The translations under genes and the position numbers were made by a program. Of a DNA stretch of 64,000 bases, positions 53,301-64,000 are shown in pieces (position 1 is the stretch's first letter; each line of letters starts with the position of its first letter). Under the pieces are notes generated by a model. The model ran no database searches. It was not told where the DNA came from and worked only from the letters and a program-made list of their open reading frames with translations. The DNA comes from Guillardia theta CCMP2712 (Eukaryota > Protista > Cryptophyta). The DNA is taken from positions 190,212 to 254,211 of the forward strand of contig NW_005434643.1 of the NCBI RefSeq assembly GCF_000315625.1, read 5' to 3'.

Positions 53301-54709
53301 TGCAGGAACAACCGATGCCCTGGTGTCAACCAGCAGCGGCAGCTTCCTGACGCTCACCACAGCAGGGTTGGCGTCAAGTTTCATGCTGACAGCAAAGGAC
53401 AAGCACGAGAACTTGTCGCCGGGAGGAGACTCGGTCAGCGTCATCATGATCCTCTGGGACCCTGCGAGGAACGTGGCGGTGGAGCCGGACCTCAAGCCCG
53501 AGAGCGCAGCTGTCAGCGACAACTCGGACGGGAGCTACCACGTGGCGTACAGGATCACCCGGGCTGGAGCCTACCGGCTGTCCGTGTCCATCAACGGGCA
53601 GGAGGGGATGGGGTCGCCCTTCCTCCTAGAGGTCGCCAGCTCTCCCGCGGATCCTCTCAAGTCTTATGTTTACGGCGACTTCTCAAGCATCCGAGCAGGC
53701 GTCTCCTCCTCCCTCTTCGTGCAGACTCGCGATGGCTTCGGCAACGCCGTCAGAGTCGATCCGGCCGTCGCTCCCGCAGGGTCCGAGAGGATCAGCTTTG
53801 AGTTTTGCACATCGGTGGGGCAACAGGACGAGAGCGTGACGTGTGAGGGAGGCAGTCTGGACCTCAACGTCGGCATCACAGTCGAATACGGGATCAGTCC
53901 GGATGGATACAGCAACAACAGGAGCACAGGCATGCCCAACTACGGCTTGTATCGCATCACTTACTTCCCCTTCAACGACGGCATCGTCTACCCGCAGGTG
54001 CCTCCATGGCTTCATCTCCCTCTCTCCGTCTGTCTCGCTGACCGTCTCGCAGGTCCGTCACGGAGTCGTCTACGTCAAGTGCATGTTCGATACCAGCGGC
54101 CTATCAGTGGACAACATGATCCCAAGCGGGCAGGAAGCTGACAGCTGCATTGCTGCGGTTTGTCTTCCCTCCACATCCCCCTCCCCCCTCCCCCTCCTCC
54201 CCCCTCCCCCCCTCCTCCCCTCTCTCCTCCTCAAATCTTCTCTGCAGCCCCTTCCTCCCTCCTCCTCTCACAGTTGTGCATCAGATCCTTGCCAACGAAA
54301 CAGGAGCAGCAAGGCGACAGTCGCGGGTTTCTCCGCGGAGGATCAGCTCCTACCATCACGACTATTTTAACGTGAAGGTGCAAGCTACCTTCACAGCTCC
54401 AGGTCAGCTCCAGCTGAACTCTAGCAGCAGCAGCTGTTGGTCTCGTTCTGACGATGTCTTCTCTCAGATTCCAGCAAGCTTCGCTTCTGGGTCTCGTGGG
54501 GTCCAGCTCTCTGCGCCATCGTGGGTTGTCTGCTGCAGTGCGTCTACAGTCTGTGCACGTGGAAGGGCAGGAGGAACGTCGCCCCTCTCAAGCCCTCGCA
54601 CATGTCGCGACGCACCAGCACCGCAAGTCAGCCCAACCACGAGAAAGCTGCGGACGAGGAAGGGTTCAGCGTCCTCCGTCACCTCAAGGTGATGCGCTGC
54701 TCGCATTGA
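44305..54709 (+). CDS. very large type I membrane protein: Kelch repeats, LamG-like domain, Cys-rich region, further Kelch repeats, filamin-type Ig repeats, TM helix
   Basis: Signal-like start; repeated R-x-GH..LLFGG..DxW Kelch motifs; IYIGG..LQGDVDQFRLW (LamG-like); DNSDGSYHVAYRITRAGAYRLSVSING..GSPF (filamin); TM FWVSWGPALCAIVGCLLQCVYSL; exact 3' end uncertain. Confidence 0.8.
51312..51797. repeat. 25-bp minisatellite CTGCTCTGACCCCTCACTCTGCYGC, about 19 copies, intronic
   Basis: Head-to-tail copies without spacers. Confidence 0.95.
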
Positions 54710-54820
54710 AGTTGGGTGTGATGCCCCGCACGAGCAGGATGAGGGATACCTTGACGATGCAGAGTTTGTCGCATGCTCAGCCGGACAAGGGAAGGAAGAC
54801 TCGATCTCGATTGTGGTATC

Positions 54821-55005
54821 TCATCAGTGCTTGTTTCTCATCAGTGCTTGTTTCTCATCAGCGCTTGTTTCTCATCAGCGCTTGTTTCTCATCAGTGCTT
54901 GTTTCTCATCAGTGCTTGTTTCTCATCAGTGCTTGTTTCTCATCAGCGCTTGTTTCTCATCAGTGCTTGTTTCTCATCAGTGCTTGTTTCTCATCAGTGC
55001 TTGTT
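54821..55005. repeat. 17-bp minisatellite TCATCAGYGCTTGTTTC, about 11 copies
   Basis: Head-to-tail copies. Confidence 0.95.
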
Positions 55006-55242
55006 GCTTCCTCTTGATGTCTTGGCAGAAACGATTCGAGGCTGCACAACATGAGATGGTTGCGTCGCTCAAACAAATAGCTCGCAGCCATCAACCCCTG
55101 AATTGCTTGCGACATTCCCACGCTCAATCTGTGTTCGTACTCCCTCAGTCGAGAAGATCATCGATTGAAGTGCAGGCAGAAGATGGAAGAGAGATGCTTG
55201 AGGACAAATCCTTCTACTCATAACGTGGAGACAAACACTTGA

Positions 55243-55424
55243 AGCTAACTCGCTATTCTTACATCTTCGACCTGTACATGAGCGCTAGATCGCTATTCTG
55301 ACATCTTCGACCTGTACATAAACGCTAGATCGCTATTCTGCCATCTTCAACTCCTACATGAGCGCTAGATCGCTGTTCTGCCATCTTCAACTCCTACATG
55401 AACGCTAGATCGCTGTTCTGACAT
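55243..55424. repeat. 40-bp tandem repeat (GCTAGATCGCTATTCTGACATCTTCGACCTGTACATGAGC-like), about 4.5 copies
   Basis: Imperfect head-to-tail copies. Confidence 0.9.
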
Positions 55425-55771
55425 GGTTTTATATCACCTACTGGGGAGGTGTAAAATTGAGAGAATGACGGGAGGGGTGGTGTAAAATTGAGGTAGGCAG
55501 AAGGGGTGGGGTCATGCAAATTGGAGTGTTGCAAGGGGAGCAATCAACAACAAGACCCTCGGATGGTGGAAGTGAGGAGGAGGGACAGGGACAAAGAAGA
55601 GATGAAGGACAGGGTCGATAGATCAGACTAGCTCGATGATGCTCGCAGCTGCGCTGAGATTGAACATTGTAGTGACTTTAATATGCAGCATGATGGCCAA
55701 CTTCGAAGCTCAAAGAAAAGAAACATGAAACAACCCGTCGCTGCGATCAGTTGAGCTCAATTCGTTTGTTA

Positions 55772-57275
55772 ATGTCAACTCGAAAGTTGTAATGCACATT
55801 TGACCGGCATCATTCCTCCTAATACGTGCAGCAGGTCGTCTTTACTTCTTGTATGCATATGTACCTTCAACTTCCCTCTTTCCGTCTCGTTCTTGCCCGC
55901 TGGGCCTCCTTCTCCTAGCAAGTTCTTGCAAGCAAGTCAAGCGCGGGCAACTTTACAGCAGAGCATCAGACGGGCGGGATGTGTGCGAATGGTGGGAATG
56001 GACAAGAAGGACAAAGACGGGCGGAGAGGAGCCAACCTCTTGCGGCTCTTCTTCCGACCTGACAAGGACAGAAACGAGGCTCCGCATCCCTCAAACGGCA
56101 TCTTGGTCGGAGACCTCGGAGACCTTCGCGGTCGTTCGACTCAGATCGAGTCGTTCTTCAGTAAGCATCGGGCGAACAAATCTCCCAACGGAGCCTCCGA
56201 TGAATACTTGTCGTCCTTGTACAGGTTCACAGACGATGGCAGACGACTTTCCTCAATCTCCAGGTATGCAGACGACTACTGGAGCACCAACTTGCTCACC
56301 ATCTTTCGCTCTCGCGTCTTCAAGAGGATCTTTCCTCGCCTGGTGGTGAACTTTCTTGTGTGCTCGGGAATTGCTGTCCTCTACGCCTTGTCGCCTCTTA
56401 CGTTCCCAGCCGCTCACGGCCACGCTCACACCATCACGGGATCATTCCTGGGGCTGCTGATTGCGTTCAGGACCAACACAGGGTACGAGAGGTACTGGGA
56501 AGCTCGAAAAGCCTGGGGAGCAGTGCACAAGCGTTGCCGATCCATGGCGGTTCTGCTAGCAACGTCAGTGACAGAGGTCGATCATATCGTCTTGAGGGTT
56601 TTCCAGATTCTCACGGCCTATCCCTACGCGCTTAAGCAGCACCTGCGAGGACAGCACAGCATGGTGGAGCTCTCAAAGATGCTACCTAAGGAGGACATCA
56701 AGCAGCTTGAGAAGGCTCAAAACATGCCCCTGCACCTCTGCATGCTGCTGTCCTCTGCTATCTCCCCTCTGCTTAACTCACCCAAGGTGACGATGAACCT
56801 CGTGTGGGAGAGAGCAGAGCAACACATCCAGGAGCTGAACAAGGTGATCACAATCACGGAGAGGCTGGCGACAACTCCCGTCCCTCTCTCCTACTCTCGT
56901 CACACCTCGAGGTTTCTCTCCATCTGGACTCTCACGGCTCCCATCTACCTCGTGCCTCAGTGCGGCCCCCTGCTGGCGGTGATCTCGCATCCTCTCATTT
57001 GTTGGGCTCTCTTCGGCTCTGAGGAAGTAGGACATATCATCGAGGAACCGTTCGGGACTCCCGGCGACAGCAGGTTTCTCAAAGAGGGACCAGGAGGCAT
57101 TCGGTTCACAGAAAACCTTCCCCTCCTTCGCTACTGCGAGCAGATCAAGCGCGACATCGAAGCCGTCGAGAGACTATGGCAGTCACTGCCATCTACAGCT
57201 CCTCAATGCCTCATACCCATCGGATCATGTGACGTCGACGATCCCGACTGTCAAGCAGGAGTGGTGAGCTTTTAA
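55772..57275 (+). CDS. bestrophin-like anion channel (VCCN/BST, UPF0187 family), probably plastid-targeted
   Basis: LGLLIAFRTNTGYERYWEARKAWG, ERLATTPVPLSYSRHTSRFL, EEVGHIIEEPF; signal peptide ending SVS-F plus transit-like region; probable ATG at 55772 in a mini-exon. Confidence 0.9.
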
Positions 57276-57476
57276 CCCACTTGCGTGGAGTGTCATTGCT
57301 TTCTTTACTAAAACTACCGTCAGGTGGAAGTGCAAAATTGAATTGAACCAAGCAAGAGCGGGTCAACAATGTCTCTTTGACAAGAAGGAACGATTTGGTA
57401 TAATCATGAGGATTTATAGCTTGTTCACGGCGAAATAGATGTATAGATTACACTAGAGTACATACAGAGCATCAGT

Positions 57477-58050
57477 TTACTTGCCATCCACGTGCTCCAA
57501 GGCCTCGAGGAACAAGAGCTCTTGGTAATCCTTGAGGTGCACAAAAGAAAGTGCGTTGTTGTATTTGCTCTGCTGTGCGGGTCCAGTGCTCTCTTGGCTC
57601 TGGGTGTTGATAAAGCTCTTGAGATCTTGGCTCTCCATCTCGTCGTCGGATGTTTCCGAGTCACTCGGAGCAGTCTGCTGGTCGACATTTGCTTTCTTGT
57701 CATCTTTCATCAAGCAAAGATCGCCAACTTGCTTTCGTTTCCTTGAGTATGGCCACCTGGCCAATCCCAACATTCTGCAGGAACTCTTCAAGCTCGTGAG
57801 GGAAATGCCCTGCAAGAACAAAACATGAGTGTGGGTTCGCATGGAAAGAAATGATTCTGATTCTTACCAGGTACTTTGCAGCATCAGATTGTCGCATAAC
57901 AAAGAGTTCGGATATGTCGTCGACAGTCAAATTCACTATCGATTTTCCTTCCGGTTCTCTATCAGAGTATTTTGCTCTCGGCGCAATGCTGATGATCTTC
58001 GATTCTTTTTGTCCGATCCTCATTTCACTTGAAGGTAGCCCAAAGTTCAT
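57477..58050 (-). CDS. RWP-RK domain transcription factor, two exons; start uncertain
   Basis: LTVDDISELFVMRQSDAAKYL/GISLTSLKSSCRMLGLARWPYSRK joined by a GT-AG intron. Confidence 0.85.
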
Positions 58051-58077
58051 ACAAGGAGGCTTGAGAGGTCCGAGAGA

Positions 58078-58225
58078 CGCTGGAGATGCTAGAGACGCTA
58101 GAGGGTGTGGAAGGGAAGACGCTAGCGACGCTAGTGACGCTAGTAACGCTAGTAACGCTAGTAACGCTAGTAACGCTAGAGGGTGTGGAAGGGAAGACGC
58201 TAGTAACGCTAGTGACGCTAGAGGT
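58078..58225. repeat. 9-bp repeat (GCTAGTAAC-like) within a duplicated block
   Basis: Direct repeats; GCTAGAGGGTGTGGAAGGGAAGAC occurs twice. Confidence 0.85.
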
Positions 58226-58919
58226 GCTGCAGGAGGAGTGAGGTGAAAGAAAATCGTGCGATGAGAAAGGCAATTGAGAACCCCAGCATACAAACCCCCA
58301 ATGACCTGTAGTAAAACCTCAAAAAGAGAGCCTTTCAAATAACCGGCGTGTTGTAACCCTGGTGAAGAGGGCAAGAAGTCGATATGAACCCCTCCATATG
58401 AAGGGAAAAGAAGGGGTAGACAGAATGTTGGTCAGAATTGGACATGAAAAGGTTTGATACACTATTATAGGTTTTATACAATAATACATATGTCTTATTA
58501 AAATAGTTTTCTCGAATTAACTGTGTAAGGGGACATTCATGGATGCCAGCAATTGTCTGTAGTAAGAGATCGTTGCGATAAATTGTTTTTAGCCGAACTT
58601 TGTGAGGGTCAGCTGCAGACCAAAATATTTCTTTTCGTCACGATGTCCGAGTTTGGGTGCATGTCACTGTCAGGGGATATGGAGGTCAAATCCAAGAAGT
58701 CGGGTGGATTGCCTGCGTAGCCCTGGAACTTGCCGGAATCGAGGCGGTGGGGGTAGGAATGCATGACGAAATCAAATATGCGTTACAAATAACGGTCATG
58801 ACAAGGAAGCGGACCTCTGTCATCTTCATGTGTAGTAAACCTCATTGAAATGGGTAGTAAATATGATAATAATCTCCAATCCGTGTATTCAAGTTTGGGG
58901 AAGAGGACTGGACGCTACT

Positions 58920-60090
58920 AACCGCCTGCCGGGCGGGCCGGCGGGCCGCCGGCCCTGAATGTCCGACCGTGTCACGGCGACGGTCCGCCGCGGCCGGGGG
59001 CCGCAAGTTGGCCCTCACGGGGGCAGTGTACTCCGCGTGCCGCGGCGCGGCGCGCAGCGGCGCCCGCCACTGCCGTCCGAGCAGTGCCGCAGTCACGCCC
59101 GGCCGCGGGTCGCACTAGCCGCCGCTGAGCCCGGGGCCCGGGCTGGCAGTGGCGCGGCGCCGCCAGGCGCGGCCGGCCGGGCCCGCCCCTCGGATGGCGA
59201 CCCCGTTGGCCCCTGGCTCCGAGCGGCTCCGCCGGGAGTCCGACATCCGATGATCGGACAGTGCCACGGTGAGCCTGGAGTCACTCGCCGCCGGGCCGAG
59301 TCCCGGCGACCGGGAGTCCGGCGGGCCGGGGCCCTGAGTACCGGCCGGGCGGCGTCACAGTACCGTACTACGGTACGGCCGGGCCGCGGCGGTCCGGCGT
59401 CGGACACCGTGCCGCCGCGGCCTCCAGTCCCGGCGCCCGGAGTCGGAGCCCCGGTGAGTCCGAGGCTCAGCAGCCATACTGGCTGTGACAGGCTGGGCCC
59501 GGCGCCCACGGCGGGCCGGCGAGGCACCGCCGGTCCGATCACCCGGTGACCCGGGCCGGGCCGCCGGCGGCCGCTCAGCCGCCGGCCGCCCCGGGCCGCC
59601 GGGGCCCGCCGCCGGGGGGACCCCGGGGGGGGGGGGGGCGCGGGCGGCGGCCGGGCCCGGCCGGCGGGCCCGGCGAGTCCGGGGCCTAAGCCTTTCCGAA
59701 GTTCGGACGGCCGCGGACTTCAAGGCTTGGCACGGGCCGCTGAGTGCGGCCGCGCGCGGCCCGCCGGGCCGCGCCGCCGCGGCCGGGCCCGGCGCTCCGG
59801 CGCCTCGCTGACTCGCCTCCCGGCTCCGTTCTGGCCGCCGGTCGCGACGGCGGGGGCCCCCCGGGCCCGGGCCGGGGTGAACTAACTTTCAACAGTTGCG
59901 GCCCGGGCGGCCCGGCGGCGTCACAGTCACAGGCGGCAGTGGCGGTCCGATCACCGCCCGGCCGCCGCTCACTCACGCGGCGTGGTGCCTCGGGAAGGGG
60001 CCCGGTGCCTCGGGAAGGGGCCCGAGGCTTGGCCGCGGCGAAGTTGAGGAGCCCGGCGGCCCGGCCGGGTCCGACGGGCCGTCAGCCGCT
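58920..60090. other. GC-rich intergenic island between divergent RWP-RK and TrhO-fusion genes
   Basis: Extreme GC/CpG, poly-G run, TACCC-rich flank at 60140-60235. Confidence 0.7.
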
Positions 60091-60305
60091 CTGTTCGTGG
60101 TTGTCAGCTGCTGTGCATGGCTGTGGCCCCCGAAATTCGATCCATCCGTTCCCTACCCCCACCCTCTCTTTGATACCACCCCCACCCCTTAAACTCGACC
60201 TGTACCCATCTCCTTATCCCACCCCTACCCACCTAATTAGTAAGATCACAAGTTCATCAGCACATGCACTTCACGTAATGAGAGAAACCTTGTTGATATA
60301 CCTTG

Positions 60306-60450
60306 CACTCATACACTCATACACTCATACACTCATACACTCATACACTCATACACTCATACACTCATACACTCATACACTCATACACTCATACACTCAT
60401 ACACTCATACACTCATACACTCATACACTCATACACTCATACACTCATAC
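60306..60450. repeat. (CACTCATA)n, about 18 copies
   Basis: Perfect 8-bp tandem repeat. Confidence 0.95.
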
Positions 60451-60668
60451 GCCCATACACTTCGACACATACTGAGTCTGTGACAGAGTTTGTAATTGAA
60501 ACAGGAACAGTTTTTTGTGCAAGATAGCAGCAGCACATGCAGCAGTAGCAGTAGCATAAGGAGCTTTTGCATAATCAGCACAATATTCAGCGGGAATGGG
60601 TGTGAGGGACATTGATGTGTGTGTGCACTGAGATTCAAAGCATAATTACTGACTTTTATGTTTGCAGC

Positions 60669-63600
60669 ATGCTTCACAGGCTAAACAAATGCCATGTGTA
60701 CTTCGGGCTGCTTGCGTTGAGTCTTTTAGGAAGCGTCCTTGCATTTGCTCCCACGCAGCCATGGTCACCACCAAGCATGGCTGAGCCCCAGAGACTCGCA
60801 CGGTTCTCCTCGACGCTTCAGAGAATCCGAGTAGGGCTCTCAAGAAACCCTCGCGTCACCTTGCGATGTGCAGCAGTAGATGTCGATCTTCGTAACAAGG
60901 AGAGAAGAGAGAAGAACCTCGAGATCGCAAGGAGGGTGGCAATCGGAGAGCTTCGCCCCATCGTCGTCTCCTTCTCTCCAGCTTTCAGAAAGGAGCTGAA
61001 GCTTGCCAAGCGGTTCAAACACACGAGGCTCTTTCTAGAGCTAGAAGAGCTCCAGTCACTCCGAGCCTTGAAGCAAGCTCTCATCCGCGAGCTGCCGCAT
61101 CCTCTTGCCTCCTTGCCGGAAGACGCTTATCGACTAGCGGTGCGTCCCACGCAGGCGATGGGGTCAGTAGACAATGTGGAGGAGGAGGAAGAGGAGGTTG
61201 ATGAAGGGCAAGACCGAGGGGACGAGGAGGGGAACCTGCTGTTTGTCGAGACAGACGAGGAGCTCGTGCGATTGTTCGCAGAAGCTCAGCAGGTGAGGAG
61301 CTCTGGCATCGGAAAGCTTCGCCTGCAAGTCGTGGACACCGCCGGCTTCTCAGCGTACCTGGAGGAGAAGCGAGGATACGCCATCGCTGCTGACGGCGCT
61401 CTTCCTAACGGCCTCAGGCCTGAGGAGGCCGAGCAGTGGATCATGGTCTCCTTCTACCGCCTGCATCCCTTACAAGACCCCGAGGACCTCGCACGCAGGC
61501 TGCGAGCAGCTTGGGAACCCCTGGGGGTGCTGGGACGCGTCTACGTAGCAAGAGAAGGAATCAACGCGCAGGTGTCTGTCCCCGACAACATGCTCGAGCT
61601 GTTCAAGCAGACTGTCACCGCCCACAGCGAGCTCGACGGCGTATACTTGAACTGCGACGAGCCTCTCAGCAAGGAGTACGCTCCTTTCAGCAAGCTGCAG
61701 ATCAAACCTCGCAAGCACGTGCTAGCCGATGGCCTTCCAAGGTCTCTCGACTGGAGAGAAAATGGTGCGAAGTTGTCGCCAGCAGAGTGGCACTCCAAGG
61801 TAGAGCAGCTGAACAAGGAGGAGGAGGGCGCGAAGCCGATCCTGATCGACATCCGCAACTTCTACGAGAGCGAGGTCGGACTGTTCAAGGGGGCAAAGGC
61901 GCTGGACACGGTGACGTTCAGAGACACGTGGGATGCGCTGAAGGAGACGCTCAAGGGGGTGAGCAAGGAGAAGGAGATTCTGACCTACTGCACGGGTGGA
62001 ATCCGATGCGAGAAGGCCAACGCCTACATCATCCAGGAGTTGGGCTACAAGAACGTGAGCGCTCTGAGAGGAGGGATAGTCAACTACGCGCAATACGTGA
62101 AAGAGAAACAGTTGAGGTGAGGACGAGGGAGAGAGAGGGAGGAGGAGGCAGAGTGAGGCGAGTAACTCGAGCAGGTCGCAGTTCTTGGGAGTGAATCACG
62201 TATTCGACCAGCGGCTCGGACAGCGAGTGGGAGAAGAAGTTCTCTCAAGGTGAGAGAGGGTTGACGAAAGGATAGGAAAGCCAGAAGAAGGGATACGGGT
62301 GTCGGAGAGGAGTGGGGAGGAGCATCAGACGTGCGCTGATATGGTTCTCTCAGATGCATCAACTGCGGTTGCTCATCGGACGTGCAGACTGACTGTGCCA
62401 ACACTCACTGCCCTCGTCCCTTCGCTCGTCGCCGGTACATCCAGTGTCAGGAGTGTGCGATCCGGCAAGACGGCTGCTGCTGCTCTGAATGTGCGGACGA
62501 GAAGAAAGCGAGGGAACAGCGAGACGAGACTCAACGAAGACTCGAGGAGCTGCAGGTGTCCCTTCGCAGAGAATTGCGATCGCGAAAGAAATCCAAAGAC
62601 ACGGCGGCGGAAGCAGCGGAGGAGGAGGAGCAACGACTCGCGGCCTTGTGAGGAGGACCTGCTGTGTCTGCTGGCTAATAGGAAGCAGGTCGGAGGGCAG
62701 GATAGCTCGGCTTGAAGGTGAGGTGGTGGTGACGAGAAAGAAGCTCGAGGAAGAAGAAAAGGCGCTGGAGGTGAGGAAGAAGCAAACGAGCTGCTTCTTC
62801 TCACCTGCTGCAGGCTTGCCATGCTAAGTCGCTGGTGGCAATTTCACGCTTGGGTTTGCTGCCCAACGGGTAACGATGCTCCTTGTCTACCCTTGTAACT
62901 CAATCACGCAGAGAGTTCTCGGAGTTCGAGGAGGAGGAAGGGAGAAGCAAATCCGAGGAGCCGAGCGATGCAGGTAGCGAGCTTGTGCGTGGGAGGAGAA
63001 GCTGAAGAGATGACAGATAGAGGAGCGAGGACGCTGGACGAGAGGAACCACCTAGGACAAGAGCATGATCTGAACGCTAGTACTGCCTCCCCTCCTTCTC
63101 TCCTCTCCTCCTCACCCATCGATGCCATCAGAGTACGCGGAGGAGCACTCGTCGGCGGAGCATCCTTACCTCCAGCGAGTGCGAGAGGAGACAGCCAGGG
63201 CTCTGCCTCAACGAGCGCACATGATGAGCGGAGTCGTGCAGGCCAAGTTCATTGCAAGCTTGATCGCTATGATGAACGCCAAGCAGGTGAACCAAACTCA
63301 ATGCCTCCTCTTTCACCACCTCCTCCTCCCCCGCCTCCTCCTCTTCCTCCTCCGCAGCCCCATCCCAACCTCTCCTTCCCCTCCACCTCTCGCTTCCCCC
63401 CTCCTCTTTCTCGCAATCCTGCTCCCCCACCGATGTTGGACTCCTTCGAGCGCATCAGCAGGTGCTCGAGCTCGGCTGCTTCACAGGATACACGGCCTTG
63501 TGCATGGCCGCAGCTGTCGGGGAGGAGGGGAAGGTGACAAGCCTGGAGCGAGACTGCGAGGTCGCGGCCATAGCGAAGAACAACATCGAGATGTGCCCTT

Positions 63601-64000
63601 GGTGACCGCACAGCAAGAGGAGGCGAGGGAGGGAGGCGAGTCTGACTGGAGGCAGGGGGAAGCGGGTGGAGCTCATTCAAGGAGACGCGCTGGACGTGCT
63701 GGATGAGCTGACGGGCACGAGGACGAGAGAATTCGACCTCATCTTCCTCGATGCAAACAAGAAGCAGTACAGCACCTACTTCACGCGCATCATGGAGAAA
63801 GAGCTGCTGAGAGTAGGAGGGGTAAGAAGGAGGAGGGAGGAGCTGTAGGGTGACAAGAGAGCAGGTGCTCGTGGTGGACAACACATTATGGAAAGGGAGA
63901 GTCGCGGAGCTCTACAGCCTATCGCAGACGGAGGTGATGATTCTTCTTCTCACGCTGGTCTGACTGGCGAGCAGAGGGTGGAGAGGAACAAGGAGCTGCA
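60669..64000 (+). CDS. plastid-targeted TrhO-type rhodanese (tRNA U34 hydroxylase) fused to a Methyltransf_3 (TrmR/CCoAOMT-like) O-methyltransferase; 3' truncated
   Basis: SFYRL, GRVYVAREGINAQ, DIRNFYESEVGLFKGA, YCTGGIRCEKA, LRGGIVNY, Cys-rich tail; then VLELGCFTGYTA, FDLIFLDANKKQY, VDNTLWKGRV; all junctions are GT-AG and in phase. Confidence 0.85.

Noticed and set aside
51312-55424. CRISPR-like appearance of the 25-, 17- and 40-bp repeats
   Set aside because: No unique spacers, no cas genes, eukaryotic context
58842-60475. Arg/Pro/Gly/Ala-rich ORFs in GC islands (also 18200-19600, 26930-27350, 39980-40890, 43070-43810)
   Set aside because: Stop-codon scarcity from extreme GC; overlapping ORFs on both strands with no domains

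Overview
Gene-dense eukaryotic nuclear DNA with many short GT-AG introns, microsatellite-filled introns and two 100-N gaps. Bipartite signal peptide + Phe transit peptides, an RWP-RK gene and the intron style suggest an alga with a red-derived complex plastid, probably a cryptophyte such as Guillardia theta (inference). Hand splicing supports about 16 genes: a partial membrane protein, DUF445, an MDR oxidoreductase-PH-PDZ fusion, a SPRY protein, GST, a 79-aa small protein missing from the ORF track, PKR1-like, CDP-DAG synthase, DCAF7, a phytochelatin-synthase-like gene, TMEM94, a TKL kinase-ARM protein, a giant Kelch/LamG/filamin membrane protein, a plastid bestrophin, RWP-RK and a final gene cut by the window end. 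The top finding is that last gene: a plastid-targeted TrhO-type tRNA U34 hydroxylase splices in frame into a TrmR/CCoAOMT-family O-methyltransferase, giving a candidate single-polypeptide U34->ho5U->mo5U pathway. Six GC-rich intergenic islands with shared motifs lie upstream of gene starts. All domain calls are motif recognition by eye; no searches were run.
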